Source: an uncultured Gammaproteobacteria bacterium (GTDB lineage Bacteria > Pseudomonadota > Gammaproteobacteria > Steroidobacterales > Steroidobacteraceae). From it: a DNA stretch of 64,000 bases. Positions 30,700 to 40,295 of this stretch are shown here, in pieces. Location of the stretch: assembly GCA_963798595.1 (NCBI GenBank), contig CAWCTM010000010.1, positions 352 to 64,351 on the forward strand, given 5' to 3'. The notes under the pieces are model-generated. The model was not told the origin of the DNA and made no database searches. It saw only the letters and a program-made list of their open reading frames with translations. The position numbers and the translations under genes were made by a program. Within the stretch, counting starts at the first letter, position 1; every line of letters begins with the position of its first letter.

Positions 30700-31045
30700 A
30701 AGCGCGAACGGCTTGGCGTTCTAATTAGTCGTTGCTTCTAGGCTTATGGACTGGCCAGCCTGGGTCCCGGGGGGATGGATCGCCGGCCAAGTCGGCCTAA
30801 TTGATCCTGAAAAGTGCAAGGGCGGGTCCGGCTCCGAATCTTGGGGAAAGATGCGCTTTCTGAAATGATAGGAAGTTGCATACTTGAGAATACGTATGAC
30901 GCGTCCGAATGCACTCCGCGACGACCTAAAAACTGGTCCGAAAAGCTTGTTTAGTCGCACAATATATCCTCGTACAGTGCGTCTCGGGCAAGTGAATTCC
31001 GCGCCGCCGTGTAGCTTCCGAGCCGCCTCAATCTCGCGCATCCGT
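30700..31045 (-). repeat. about 330-bp non-coding repeat element, copy B (more diverged, no canonical terminator)
   Basis: Shares blocks with copy A: AGGCTTATGGACT, GGGGATGG..CGCCGGCCAA.TCGGCCTAA, TGAAATGATAGG.AGT..CATACT..AG.ATA and GACGCGT.CCGA.TGCAC. Indels between the copies are not multiples of three. Confidence 0.6.
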
Positions 31046-31214
31046 CGCGACCCTAAGTTCTGTAACAGGCGGTTAGTCGCACTAATCGTTTGCAAGTTGC
31101 CTGCGCGAGATCGCTTTCGTGGCGATCCCTTCGCTCGATGAGCAAGATTTGCGGGCCCTAACCAAGACTATTCGTTGCGTTCGTATGGCGGGCAAGGCCC
31201 GATAGTTTCGAATT

Positions 31215-32258
31215 TCATCGAATGGGGGGTGCGTACATTATCCCGCCGGCGGTCCAGTTTTCATTAATTCCGCGTGGAATTCCCAATGCTGATTTCACGC
31301 CGACATTTCGGTCGTAAATCTCGCCATAGTTGCCCACTAGCCGGATAATGCGCGCGATCCAGTCCGGCGTCAGCCCCATCCGCTCGCCATAATCACCGCC
31401 TTTTCCGACGAGGCGTTGCACCGCTGGTTTGTTTGATTTCAGTGCATCATCGATGTTTTTCGAGCTGACTCCCAATTCTTCGGCATTCACCAACGCGAAG
31501 GCCGTCCACTTGACGATGTTCAGCCACTGATCATCCCCCTGACGCACAGCCGGACCAAAAGGCTCTTTCGAGATCAAATCAGGAAGAATGATGTGGTCTT
31601 CTGCCTTTGTGAGTTTTAGCCGAACGGCGTGAAGCTGCGAGATGTCACTTGTCAGGACATCGCACCGGCCGCCGTCGTAGGCTTTGGCGCTGTCGTCGGG
31701 CGATGTTCCGAACACGACTTCATAGGCCATATCGTTGCTGTGAAAGTAATCGCTGAGATTAAGTTCAGTCGTTGTGCCGCTCTGCACGCAAATCTTACTT
31801 CCGCTCAGGTCGAGGGCGGAGTTTACGTTTCGCGACCGGGGGACCATGAAACCTTGCCCGTCATAATAAGTCACTGCCGCAAATTCCAATCCTAAATCGA
31901 CTTCGCGCGACATGGTCCAGGTTGTATCTCTGGACAAAACGTCAATGTCGCCCGCCTGCAAGGCGTGAAAACGGTCGCTCGCCGATACGGGCAAAAGCTT
32001 GACCTTGCCGATGTCGTTGAAAATCGCGGCCGACAGCGCTCGACAAAAGTCGACATCAAATCCAACCCATTCACCACTGTTTGCCAGTTGCGCGGAAAAG
32101 CCAAGGACACCTTGGCTGACACCGCACGTCATGCCGCCGCGCTTTTTAATGGTGTCCAGCGTTTGCGGATGCGCGGCGGCGCTGGCGGTGACGCAGATCG
32201 CAATTGTAGATAGGGCAACGAAGCCTTTCAGGCGGCCGAAGGAAAAAGAGAGGCGCAT
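31215..32258 (-). CDS. AapJ-like general amino-acid ABC transporter substrate-binding protein, orphan
   Basis: LDTIKKRGGMTCGVSQGVLGFS...WVGFDVDFCRALSAAIFND..KVKLLPVSASDRFHALQAGDIDVLSRDTTWTMSRE. No adjacent permease or ATPase genes. Confidence 0.8.
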   Translation of the reverse strand: MRLSFSFGRLKGFVALSTIAICVTASAAAHPQTLDTIKKRGGMTCGVSQGVLGFSAQLANSGEWVGFDVDFCRALSAAIFNDIGKVKLLPVSASDRFHALQAGDIDVLSRDTTWTMSREVDLGLEFAAVTYYDGQGFMVPRSRNVNSALDLSGSKICVQSGTTTELNLSDYFHSNDMAYEVVFGTSPDDSAKAYDGGRCDVLTSDISQLHAVRLKLTKAEDHIILPDLISKEPFGPAVRQGDDQWLNIVKWTAFALVNAEELGVSSKNIDDALKSNKPAVQRLVGKGGDYGERMGLTPDWIARIIRLVGNYGEIYDRNVGVKSALGIPRGINENWTAGGIMYAPPIR

Positions 32259-32299
32259 CAAATTCCTCACTCGGTCATGTGCCGTGGATCTGAATTCTC

Positions 32300-32929
32300 T
32301 TACTGAACGTTCGGAGCCTGAAGGACCACGACGCGGGTGCCTACGGGGACACGTTCATAGAGATCGACAATCTCCGGATTCGCGAGACGAAAGCATCCTG
32401 AAGACACCGCCGATCCGATCGTCTGGGGCTGGTTGGTGCCATGAATCCGGTAAACCGTCTAAACCGTTCCGCCAATGTAGAACGCGCGCGCGCCTAAGGG
32501 ATTGCCCGGGCCACCCGCCATGAAGCGCGGCAGATAGGGTTGGCGGATTATCATCTCGGGGGGTGGCGTCCAGTCCGGCCATTCAGACTTGCGGTTGATA
32601 TATTTAAGACCGTGCCATTGAAAGCCGTCGCGACCCACGCCTATGCCGTATCGAATGGCGCGATTGTTGCCCTGAACCAGGTAAAGGAAACGTTCTGAGG
32701 TGTTGACAATGATCGTTCCTGGTTGCTCGCTCGTCCGGAAGAATACCATCTGCCGCCGATATTCTGCCGAGAGCTGTTCTTCTTCCGCTGTCGGGACAAA
32801 ACCTGGCTGATCGCCGACCAAACTCTCGTCTGGGAACGATATAAATGGTTGTGCCGAAATGGAAACGTTTGCTGTGGCGGCAAACATTGCGATTATTGCG
32901 ATCGTCTTTGCTGCAATTTTTAAACGCAT
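32300..32929 (-). pseudogene. L,D-transpeptidase interrupted by in-frame TAG created by a 9-bp tandem duplication
   Basis: ...PGNPLGARAFYIGGTV-TAG(32459-32461)-TVYRIHGTNQPQTIGSAVSSGCFRLANPEIVDLY... is continuous in one frame. On the plus strand GTAAACCGT (32450-32458) is followed by CTAAACCGT (32459-32467). Confidence 0.8.
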
Positions 32930-33089
32930 TGCCTTTCCCCGACAAACGGCCGCCCGGCGGCGCAAATTTGATTCTTTCATGGTTCGGCTTTCGCTGGCCT
33001 GGCCTAATTCACCAGTCAAGCGCGCGCTCTTCGAGTATTGGGGCAAGCCTGCAGCGGGCGCATCGGCGATGCGCAATTCAGTTGTAATT

Positions 33090-34529
33090 TCACACCTTCG
33101 TTTCTGCCTTCCAGCGTGAAGTCGAATCAAGGCGCGACCGGATGCGGATGCGAACGAGATTGAGGTGAGATTTGACCGAAAAGTACATGTTGGAATGTCG
33201 GACTGGCAAAGCGAGCTTGATCATGTCGTGTTCAAGGAATTCGATCTCTTCCTCCAGTGCCGCGGTCTGCACAGAATCCAACCCTTTATGTAGCCTCTCT
33301 TCGATGCTGCGCAGCCGACGATAGAGTGCGCGTAGGCGGAATTCAATAAGCCACTTGTAGAAACTCGGTCCGTAGCTCAAGACCGGCAATATGATCGCTA
33401 CCGCAGTCAGCGCGAGCGCCAGTACTCGCTTGACGATATTGGTGATCCAAAACGGCAGATAACGGTTCAGAAATGAAGGTCCATTGCGATAATATTCGCG
33501 GGCCTCTTCAGCGACCGGGTATTCCGGATCTGCGACACTAGGGAATTCGCCGGCGCGCTGAAAAATTGAGGCTGTGCCGTGCACCTCGGTGATTGTCTTT
33601 GCCAACAGATCAATGATCGCCGGGTGCATGTCCTCGCGCACCAATACCACGTTGGTCGTCCCGATCAGGCTGATGTCCGATGCTGGAATTTTTCTTTCAA
33701 AGTCGACAACTCCGCGCGGCAGCACCAATTTGACCAAATAGGGAAAGATTCGGGTGAGTGCTTCGGCATCTGTCATATTCACGAGCTGGTATTCGGGATT
33801 GTTGAGCAGGCGCATCAACGACGGCGAGTCCGCGTCCAAATTGAGGAATAGTGCATCAACTCTTCCCTCTTCGAGCGCGTCGACCGCCTCTTGCGGAGCG
33901 AAATTGAAGAAGGAAGCATTATCCCAGGTCACGCCGCCCGCGTGCAGGATGGTCTCGCACACAATCCGCGCGCCACTCCCCACGGGTCCGAGCGCGATTC
34001 GTTGGCCCTTAAGTTGGGTCAGATCAGTCAAGGGCTTTTGCGCACGTGAGAAAAGCCAGAAGACCTGGTAGTCGATGCGGCCCAGAGACAACAGTCCCGG
34101 CGCACGCTGGCTATCAGAGATGCCACCCTGCACAAAAGCGACATCAACGCCCAAGCGCGGATCCTGTAGTGATATGAGGTTGTCGACTGAACCTGCGCTC
34201 TTGAACACGTTCACCTTGAGTCCGTTGCGCGCCAGGATTTCCTGATAGTGTTGCGCCAACGCCTCGAAATGACCGCCGCTGAAAGAGCCCGCGATAGTGA
34301 TCCGGCTCGGCGGCGCGGGGATCAGGACACCGAGCGCGATCCAGATAACGCTGGCCAGAACGAGCACCAAGACCAGCGCTATGTACAGATACCATCGCGT
34401 ATAGCTTGCCATCCATCCTCTGAGCCGCTGGGGGTTGCCTTTTTCATCACATATTTGGAGGCTATTTTTGGTCCGATCCCGCCACGTCCAACTTGCGGAA
34501 TTATCGCGACTATCGGGGATAGTAGCCAC
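33090..34529 (-). CDS. membrane-anchored TAXI-type (TRAP-associated) solute-binding-domain protein
   Basis: N-terminal TM helix, a periplasmic domain ITIAGSFSGGHFEALAQHYQEIL...GVDVAFVQGG...LKGQRIALGPVGSGARI, C-terminal TM helices and a coiled tail. The family call is by eye. Confidence 0.6.
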   Translation of the reverse strand: MATIPDSRDNSASWTWRDRTKNSLQICDEKGNPQRLRGWMASYTRWYLYIALVLVLVLASVIWIALGVLIPAPPSRITIAGSFSGGHFEALAQHYQEILARNGLKVNVFKSAGSVDNLISLQDPRLGVDVAFVQGGISDSQRAPGLLSLGRIDYQVFWLFSRAQKPLTDLTQLKGQRIALGPVGSGARIVCETILHAGGVTWDNASFFNFAPQEAVDALEEGRVDALFLNLDADSPSLMRLLNNPEYQLVNMTDAEALTRIFPYLVKLVLPRGVVDFERKIPASDISLIGTTNVVLVREDMHPAIIDLLAKTITEVHGTASIFQRAGEFPSVADPEYPVAEEAREYYRNGPSFLNRYLPFWITNIVKRVLALALTAVAIILPVLSYGPSFYKWLIEFRLRALYRRLRSIEERLHKGLDSVQTAALEEEIEFLEHDMIKLALPVRHSNMYFSVKSHLNLVRIRIRSRLDSTSRWKAETKV

Positions 34530-34566
34530 TGGACCTAAGGCCTATGTGAAGCGCGTTCAGGTCTGC

Positions 34567-34961
34567 TTAGCGTGAGCGTGCGGTGTCCGGATTTGGGCAG
34601 CCGCGGCTTTCTTGTGAAGCGTTTGCAATCCGAGGGCGACGTTTCCGCATTAGCCACCGGAAAGGGTGCCATTCCGAGTGAATTGGTATCGTCCCACCAT
34701 TCGACTTCGCTCGCCGTGCCCCTGATTGCGAGAACTGCCTGATTTGGATTTTCATTATTGTGCGCGATGAAACCATAAACGAGGGCGTCGTATTATTGAG
34801 GACAAAACTTGGCGGGATCATAGGAGGCAATGACTCGTGCGTTCCCCCGCCAACCAACTACGACAGTTTCTGAGCCCTATATTTTGATATTTGGTGGTGC
34901 AGCCGCCCAACAGCGTAAGGAGAGATAGCGCGACGAGCCAACGCACCGCAGATCCCCTCAT
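34567..34961 (-). pseudogene. class-3-lipase-like lipoprotein remnant
   Basis: Lipoprotein leader MRGSAVRWLVALSLLTLLGGCTTKYQ runs into an early stop. A shifted frame reads YGFIAHNNENPNQAVLAIRGTASEVEWWDD (lipase_3-like). It is truncated after that. Confidence 0.4.
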
Positions 34962-35285
34962 GAATACTTGAGGATGTTGCCCTTGCCGATCATGACGTTG
35001 AAATAGGTCTATCTCTTGGATTAGCGAGCCCGCCACAGGGAATTAGCGTCTTCCACCCTTTGTGCGCGCAACGGATTTTCGGGATGGCAACAATCGCAAG
35101 CGCTCAATATGCTCACGCGTATGCTCACGCGTGTTTGCCGGGCGCATGTTGGAGCCCATGGCCTCAACCTTTATGTCCGTGCCCCTCCTGACCGGCTTCT
35201 GCTTCCACGGGAGAAAAACCAAATTGCCAAAAAAGCCACGGCGCGGGCGCGGCAGCTCCCTCGAACGCGCGGTATCCCGGCCGGC

Positions 35286-35783
35286 CTAGAGTGAGGCAGG
35301 CCGCAATTTCAGCTGCGACAGGCCGCCCACCACGTTAAGTCCGACAGATCCTTCCAGCGAAAGCGGCTGCAAGGTGATGCTTCGCCCGCTTCCGCCGACC
35401 AGCACGTTGGCACCAGCGCCAAGCCCAAGACTAGCATCCGCGGAAGCGCCGATGTATTCCCCGGCGAGCGCTCCCAACGCGATACCCGATGCCGGTCCGA
35501 AAACCGCCCACGCAAAACCCCCTCCGGCGGTCGCGCCTAGATCGATACCGATTGTGTTGATCGCTCCGTCGTAACCCTGCACTTGCCCCGATACGGGGCT
35601 GAATTTGCACTCCATCGATTGATGGCCGAAGAAGACAAATCCGATGCTCGGATTGAGTCTACATGTCAGCCTGCCCGCCTGGGTCCACGTGCTCTGCGTA
35701 AGAGCCAACGTCGGCAATGCCACTGCGACGAGACATGCCACCGCAGCCGATAAAAAACGTTGCTTTTCAGTACTCATGAGCAT
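35286..35783 (-). CDS. DUF992-family secreted protein
   Basis: Signal peptide, then LTCRLNPSIGFVFFGHQSMECKFSP...IGIDLGATAGGGFAWAVFGP...GANVLVGGSGRSITLQPLSLEGSVGLNVVGGLSQLKLR. GGAGGAG lies upstream of the ATG at 35783. Confidence 0.75.
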   Translation of the reverse strand: MLMSTEKQRFLSAAVACLVAVALPTLALTQSTWTQAGRLTCRLNPSIGFVFFGHQSMECKFSPVSGQVQGYDGAINTIGIDLGATAGGGFAWAVFGPASGIALGALAGEYIGASADASLGLGAGANVLVGGSGRSITLQPLSLEGSVGLNVVGGLSQLKLRPASL

Positions 35784-35917
35784 CACGCTCCTCCATTTGA
35801 TCTTTTCAACCAGCTGCGCCCGGCGATGCGACGCCGCGCAGACTGACGGCGGTGGGGCGCAACACCGAGAGTGAAGTACGCTGGACGCGTCACACGGACG
35901 CGGCCAATATGGGTTCA

Positions 35918-36202
35918 TCAAAGGATGCATCGGCCGTAAGGACCGAGCCTATAGGGATAGGGGCATGCGCCAACCGGCATTGGATAGTATGGTGCAGGTA
36001 GCGGCGCGGCATAGTAGCCGTTGCGGACGCAGTAGCCGTAAACGGTACGGTGGAAGCCGATACCGCAGCCGCCTGCTGCAAGCATGACGTCGGAGTGATC
36101 AATTTGAGCGGGCGCAGACGAAACTGGCACGGCGTTCGCGCCGAACGACAAAAACGATCCCGCCAAACCGCCAACTAAAATCCAGGCCAAGTTCTTTGTC
36201 AT
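35918..36202 (-). CDS. small Cys-containing secreted protein
   Basis: Leader MTKNLAWILVGGLAGSFLSFGANA. Motifs GGCGIGFHRTVYGYCV...GACPYPYRLGPYGRCIL. Confidence 0.5.
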   Translation of the reverse strand: MTKNLAWILVGGLAGSFLSFGANAVPVSSAPAQIDHSDVMLAAGGCGIGFHRTVYGYCVRNGYYAAPLPAPYYPMPVGACPYPYRLGPYGRCIL

Positions 36203-36335
36203 GAAATCACCCTCCGCTGATCGCAGTCCTGTGCACAGCGATTACGCATCCGTCCAATAAGCGCTTTTGACGCCGGCGCCCCCGTGCAGCTCTAAGACGC
36301 GTTGCAATTTTACCTGACAAAACTTTCGGAATGGG

Positions 36336-36353
36336 ATTGGACTGTGGTCCAAT
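36336..36353. promoter_or_regulatory. palindromic motif ATTGGACTGTGGTCCAAT
   Basis: Perfect 7-bp arms ATTGGAC / GTCCAAT. Lies 134 bp upstream of the start of 35918-36202 (minus strand). Confidence 0.6.
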
Positions 36354-36426
36354 ATCGGCTCAGGCGTGGGTAAAGCGTAGATGGTAGGGCGACAGGCGCA
36401 GGCGTCGGGCCGGGCCGCTTCCGCGG

Positions 36427-36810
36427 TTACTGAGCTCTGCCCAGCTGGCCGGCAAGCTCGATCGCGGCGAACAAGGACGCGTCGTTAATAGGCTTGGGAA
36501 GAAATGCGATCGCGCCAGCAGAAGCGCACTGCTCACGCATTTCTGCTTCGTTGCGCGCCGTGATTATGATAGTCGGTATCCGAACGCCCCTGCGCCCGAG
36601 ATCCTGATGAAGCTCCAAGCCGGTCATTTCCGGCATCTGCAAATCCAGTATCAAGCAATCCGGTACTTCGTGATCGAGCGAAGCGAGAAATTTCCGGCCG
36701 GATTGAAACGTTTTTGCAGCCAAGGCGCGTGTACCTAGCAGCCGGGCCAAAGCCCTAAGCACCGATGGATCGTCATCGACGATAGCAATCCGGGGAGAAG
36801 CCGCAGGCAT
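36427..36810 (-). CDS. single-domain response regulator (REC only)
   Basis: IAIVDDDPSVLRAL...LILDLQMPEMTGLEL...PTIIITARNE...GAIAFLPKPI. Confidence 0.8.
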   Translation of the reverse strand: MPAASPRIAIVDDDPSVLRALARLLGTRALAAKTFQSGRKFLASLDHEVPDCLILDLQMPEMTGLELHQDLGRRGVRIPTIIITARNEAEMREQCASAGAIAFLPKPINDASLFAAIELAGQLGRAQ

Positions 36811-36879
36811 CGAATAGACTATCGTACCTATCGAACGGGTCGGTCGAGTTAGCCCTTAGGCCAACATGAAATGAGACAC

Positions 36880-37494
36880 CTAGGATTTGGCAATCTGAAC
36901 CCCGACTTTCCCAGCTAAACGAACCAGATCAGCTACCGTACGCACACCGAGTTTTTCCATCATCCTGCCGCGATGCACTTTCACGGTCTTTTCCACAGTT
37001 CCCAAATCGGCTGCGATCTGCTTGTTCAGCCTTCCCGCAACAACGTGTGAAAGCACCTCTCGTTCCCTCGGCGTCAAAGTCCCGACCCTAGCTTGGATTA
37101 TGCCAAGCTCGACCCGGGCCTTGCGCGCCGCCTCATCTGCTTGTTCCGCCCGCGCTATCGCGTCCAGCAGAAGTTTGTCGTGAAGGGGCTTCGTAAGAAA
37201 ATCCACGGCCCCGGCCTTCATCGCGTTCACGCTCGTGGGAACGTCACCGTGGCCACTAATAAAAATTATGGGTCGTTGATCTCCGTTCACACCCAGAACA
37301 CGCTGCAGCTCTAATCCGTCCAAGCCCGGCATCGCGACGTCGAATACTGCGCAACCTGGAATTTCGGGATCGTGTTCGCTAAGAAATTCCTCCGCGGACC
37401 CAAACGTTCGAACATCACGGCCGTGAGCCGTCAGCAGTCGCGAAAGTGCTTTCAGCACGCGCGCGTCGTCATCGACGAGAAAAACTGTGAACAT
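36880..37494 (-). CDS. FixJ/LuxR-type response regulator (REC plus HTH)
   Basis: MFTVFLVDDDARVLKAL...AVFDVAMPGLDGLEL...PIIFISGHGDVPTSVNAMKAGAVDFLTKPL...LTPREREVLSHVVAGRLNKQIAADLGTVEKTVKVHRGRMMEKL. Confidence 0.85.
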   Translation of the reverse strand: MFTVFLVDDDARVLKALSRLLTAHGRDVRTFGSAEEFLSEHDPEIPGCAVFDVAMPGLDGLELQRVLGVNGDQRPIIFISGHGDVPTSVNAMKAGAVDFLTKPLHDKLLLDAIARAEQADEAARKARVELGIIQARVGTLTPREREVLSHVVAGRLNKQIAADLGTVEKTVKVHRGRMMEKLGVRTVADLVRLAGKVGVQIAKS

Positions 37495-37731
37495 GTCCCC
37501 CCCGAATCCCACGCTGGCCGTTCAAACCCAACGTTCAATGAAACTTCCATCATCCGAAAGTCCTTACAATCTTTCTCTGAACTGGCCGCGCATCAAAACT
37601 GTGATCGCCGGTGCTTTAGATTGTCCAATCTTTCGCGATAATAGATCATTTCACGTTGGCGTTACATGGTCTTCGAAGAATAGATTAAGGCCCGTATACT
37701 GTGAGGCCTAGGGTACCGCGCGGGGGGGCAG

Positions 37732-39393
37732 ATGAGTGTGGGCTGCATGACGGATCCTCTTTTATCGGTGGCAAACCTGCCGCCGAGGAAGGGGCATCGC
37801 CGGGTCATCTGCGCTTTTGCGATCGTGCTTATCGCTGCGTCGTTGGTCGCGGCTCCGTTTGCCGACACTCAAATGCCAGAGCTCGTCGCATTTGTTCCGA
37901 CGATCGAAGCAGTCATAATCGTCAACGATCTAATCACTGCGATCTTATTGTTCGCGCAATACTCGGTTATTCCGTCACGCGCTATCTTGGTGCTCGCGTG
38001 CGGTTATCTATATACGGCACTGATCGTTGTTCCTCATATTCTCACTTATCCCGGAGCTTTTGCGCCGGGTGGCCTTCTTGGCGCCGGCCTGCAAAGCACT
38101 GCTTGGCTTTATGCGTTTTGGCATTTCGGGCCTCCAGTGGCCATTCTTGGGTACGCTTGTTTGAAAGACGCCAAGGGTCTTGGCATCGCCAAGTCGCCCC
38201 AACTGGTAATTGGTGGTGCCGTCACGGGAGTCGCCTTATTGGTTTGCGGACTTACCCTGTTAGCAACGGCCGGTGAGAACTTTCTGCCTGCCGTCTTTGC
38301 CGACAATCTCCACATCTACAAGCGTCCTGTCCTCTACATCTACTGTACGGTCGTGCTGTTTACGTTGATTTCACTGGTGGTCCTTTGGCTGCGAAAACGT
38401 TCCATACTCGATTACTGGCTCCTGTTAGTGGTTGTTGCCTCGATTGCCGAAGACACACTGACCGTCGCCCTTGTTAGCGCGCGCTATTCATTCGGTTTTT
38501 ACGCTGGTCGCGTGCTTTTGCTTATCACGTCAATGGTAGTGCTGACGCTTCTGCTGTCTGAGATCATAAGGCTTTATACCTCGCTGGCCCGATCAACCGA
38601 ATTGCTGAAGCGCGAGCGAGACAACAAGCTTATGAATCTCGAAGCGATGATGGCCGCGATTATCCATGAAATAAAGCAGCCATTGACCGCGATCTCTGCA
38701 AATGCCGGTGCAGCAATGGCGCTCATCGCGAAAACGCCGCCTGATCTGTACGAGGCCAAGGCGTCGTTGGGAGATGTTATCGATGACAGTCATCGGACCA
38801 GCCAGGTACTGAACGGCGTGCGGTCGTTATTCCGGAGGATTGATAAAGACCGGCAGCCGATCGACCTTAACGAGTTGCTCCTTGAAGTTCTTAAATCAAT
38901 GCAGGGCGATTTTGAGGCACACGGGGTAATAGTCCGCCCTGAGCTGGGTCCCGACATGCCCTTGATTGACGGCAATAAAGGCCAGTTGCAACAAGTTGCT
39001 TTGAACCTCATTCACAACGCTCTGGAGGCGATGGGTGTCGCTACTGCGGCGATCCGGGTATTGCGTCTAACGACTGAACGTCACGGTCACGAAGCGATCA
39101 TGGTTGGTTTCCACGACAGCGGACCTGGAATAGATCCAGAGCAGATAGATGGAATTTTCGACGCGTTCGTTACGACTAAGCCGGAGGGAATGGGTCTGGG
39201 CCTTGCGATCTGTCGTTCGATCATCGAGAACCACGACGGCAAGCTCTCCGCAAGGTCGGATGGCAAAAGCGGCGCGGTGTTTCAGTTCGTTCTGCCAACT
39301 CGCCCGGCAGAAGCACCTGATTACGATTTAAATTTGTATAGCCAACGGTCGCCCGTTGTGAACACCGTGAAAGCCGCATTCGATCGCAATTGA
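37732..39393 (+). CDS. multi-pass membrane sensor histidine kinase
   Basis: About 7 N-terminal TM helices, HisKA box AAIIHEIKQPLTAISANAGAAMALI, and an ATPase part LNLIHNALEAM...DSGPGI...IFDAFVTTKPEGMGLGLAICRSIIENHDGKL. Divergent from the two response-regulator genes. Confidence 0.85.
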   Translation: MSVGCMTDPLLSVANLPPRKGHRRVICAFAIVLIAASLVAAPFADTQMPELVAFVPTIEAVIIVNDLITAILLFAQYSVIPSRAILVLACGYLYTALIVVPHILTYPGAFAPGGLLGAGLQSTAWLYAFWHFGPPVAILGYACLKDAKGLGIAKSPQLVIGGAVTGVALLVCGLTLLATAGENFLPAVFADNLHIYKRPVLYIYCTVVLFTLISLVVLWLRKRSILDYWLLLVVVASIAEDTLTVALVSARYSFGFYAGRVLLLITSMVVLTLLLSEIIRLYTSLARSTELLKRERDNKLMNLEAMMAAIIHEIKQPLTAISANAGAAMALIAKTPPDLYEAKASLGDVIDDSHRTSQVLNGVRSLFRRIDKDRQPIDLNELLLEVLKSMQGDFEAHGVIVRPELGPDMPLIDGNKGQLQQVALNLIHNALEAMGVATAAIRVLRLTTERHGHEAIMVGFHDSGPGIDPEQIDGIFDAFVTTKPEGMGLGLAICRSIIENHDGKLSARSDGKSGAVFQFVLPTRPAEAPDYDLNLYSQRSPVVNTVKAAFDRN

Positions 39394-39402
39394 TGCCGCA
39401 GT

Positions 39403-39511
39403 GGCAGATAACCGCGTCGTGCGGACGAGCGATCTATTTACTCAATCAGCGGAATTGCGGGCAGGGAGCGCGGACCAGGGTCCAATGGGGATGGGCCATT
39501 TTTTGCTGACA
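39403..39511 (+). repeat. about 110-nt intergenic repeat, copy 1 (left palindrome arm deleted)
   Basis: GGCAGATAACCGCGTCGTGCGGACGAGCGATCTATTTACTCAATCAGCGGAATTGCGGGCAGGGAGCGC-GGACCAGGGTCCAATGGGG... is almost identical to 44446-44559, except for loss of GATATT. Confidence 0.8.
39473..39486. promoter_or_regulatory. half-deleted palindromic motif (GGACCAGGGTCCAAT)
   Basis: Same sequence as 44521-44535, but the ATT of the left arm is missing. Confidence 0.4.
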
Positions 39512-39906
39512 TTTTTTTAGCCTCGATCCTAAGGATCGCTTCAAATACTTGGGCGCGCATGTTTAGATCGACCCTCTTGGCTGTGGCGGCCGCTGTGTTT
39601 CTGCAAGTTCAACAGAGAGCTGCGTGGTGATGTCGAACAGATCGGCGATCGTCACGTTGCCCTCCCCAATAAAGGCAGCAAGTCGCGTATTGGGATCGTC
39701 CGTGGGCGTCTGACATCAATCCGCGTGGAGGCGGACTTCGCGCTGGGGTTTTGGGTGATCCCACTTACGACATTGAGGTTGCCGGAGTACCCCGGCGATG
39801 CGCTGAGGGAAGGAAACACGCCGAAACCGCCTGGATTTCACCTGTCATTCGCGACATTTCGGGCAGCTTTGCCTTCAACTTCGAAAAGCTATTGCCGCTC
39901 AACACG

Positions 39907-40295
39907 ATGCGGGAATGTCCGGCGTCGCCCGTCTTGGCTGTAGCGGCAATGGTCGTGATGCTGTGCGCTGGCTGCAGCGGTCGCCGCAGCCAAGGGCTGC
40001 TAATCGCCGTCGCCGAGAACGTCGACCGCGCGCCGCGCGTGCCAGCGCTTGCCGTAACAACCAGACAAAAGTCGACAAAAGACGTGTACGAGACGTTCAA
40101 CGGCGAGCGCGCTGAAAATGTGTCTTTGGCGGCGGTTACAGTTCCCATTCTCCCGACACCGTCCGCAAGATCGGCGAGCCCACCGTGCCACCCGGCGAAG
40201 CGCGCCGGGACTTCGTGACAGTTTCCGCAAGCTATATCGATGCGCATCATTTAACGCCGCAATCTCCTCGGCTACCAAACACGTCGGGTCGGTAA
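39907..40295 (+). pseudogene. DUF900-type alpha/beta-hydrolase lipoprotein, N-terminal fragment with frameshift
   Basis: Lipobox LCAGCSG, then ALAVTTRQKSTKDVYETFNGERAENVSLAAVTVPI. A shifted frame continues DTVRKIGEPTVPPGEARRDFVTVSASYID. The remainder of the protein is absent. Confidence 0.4.
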
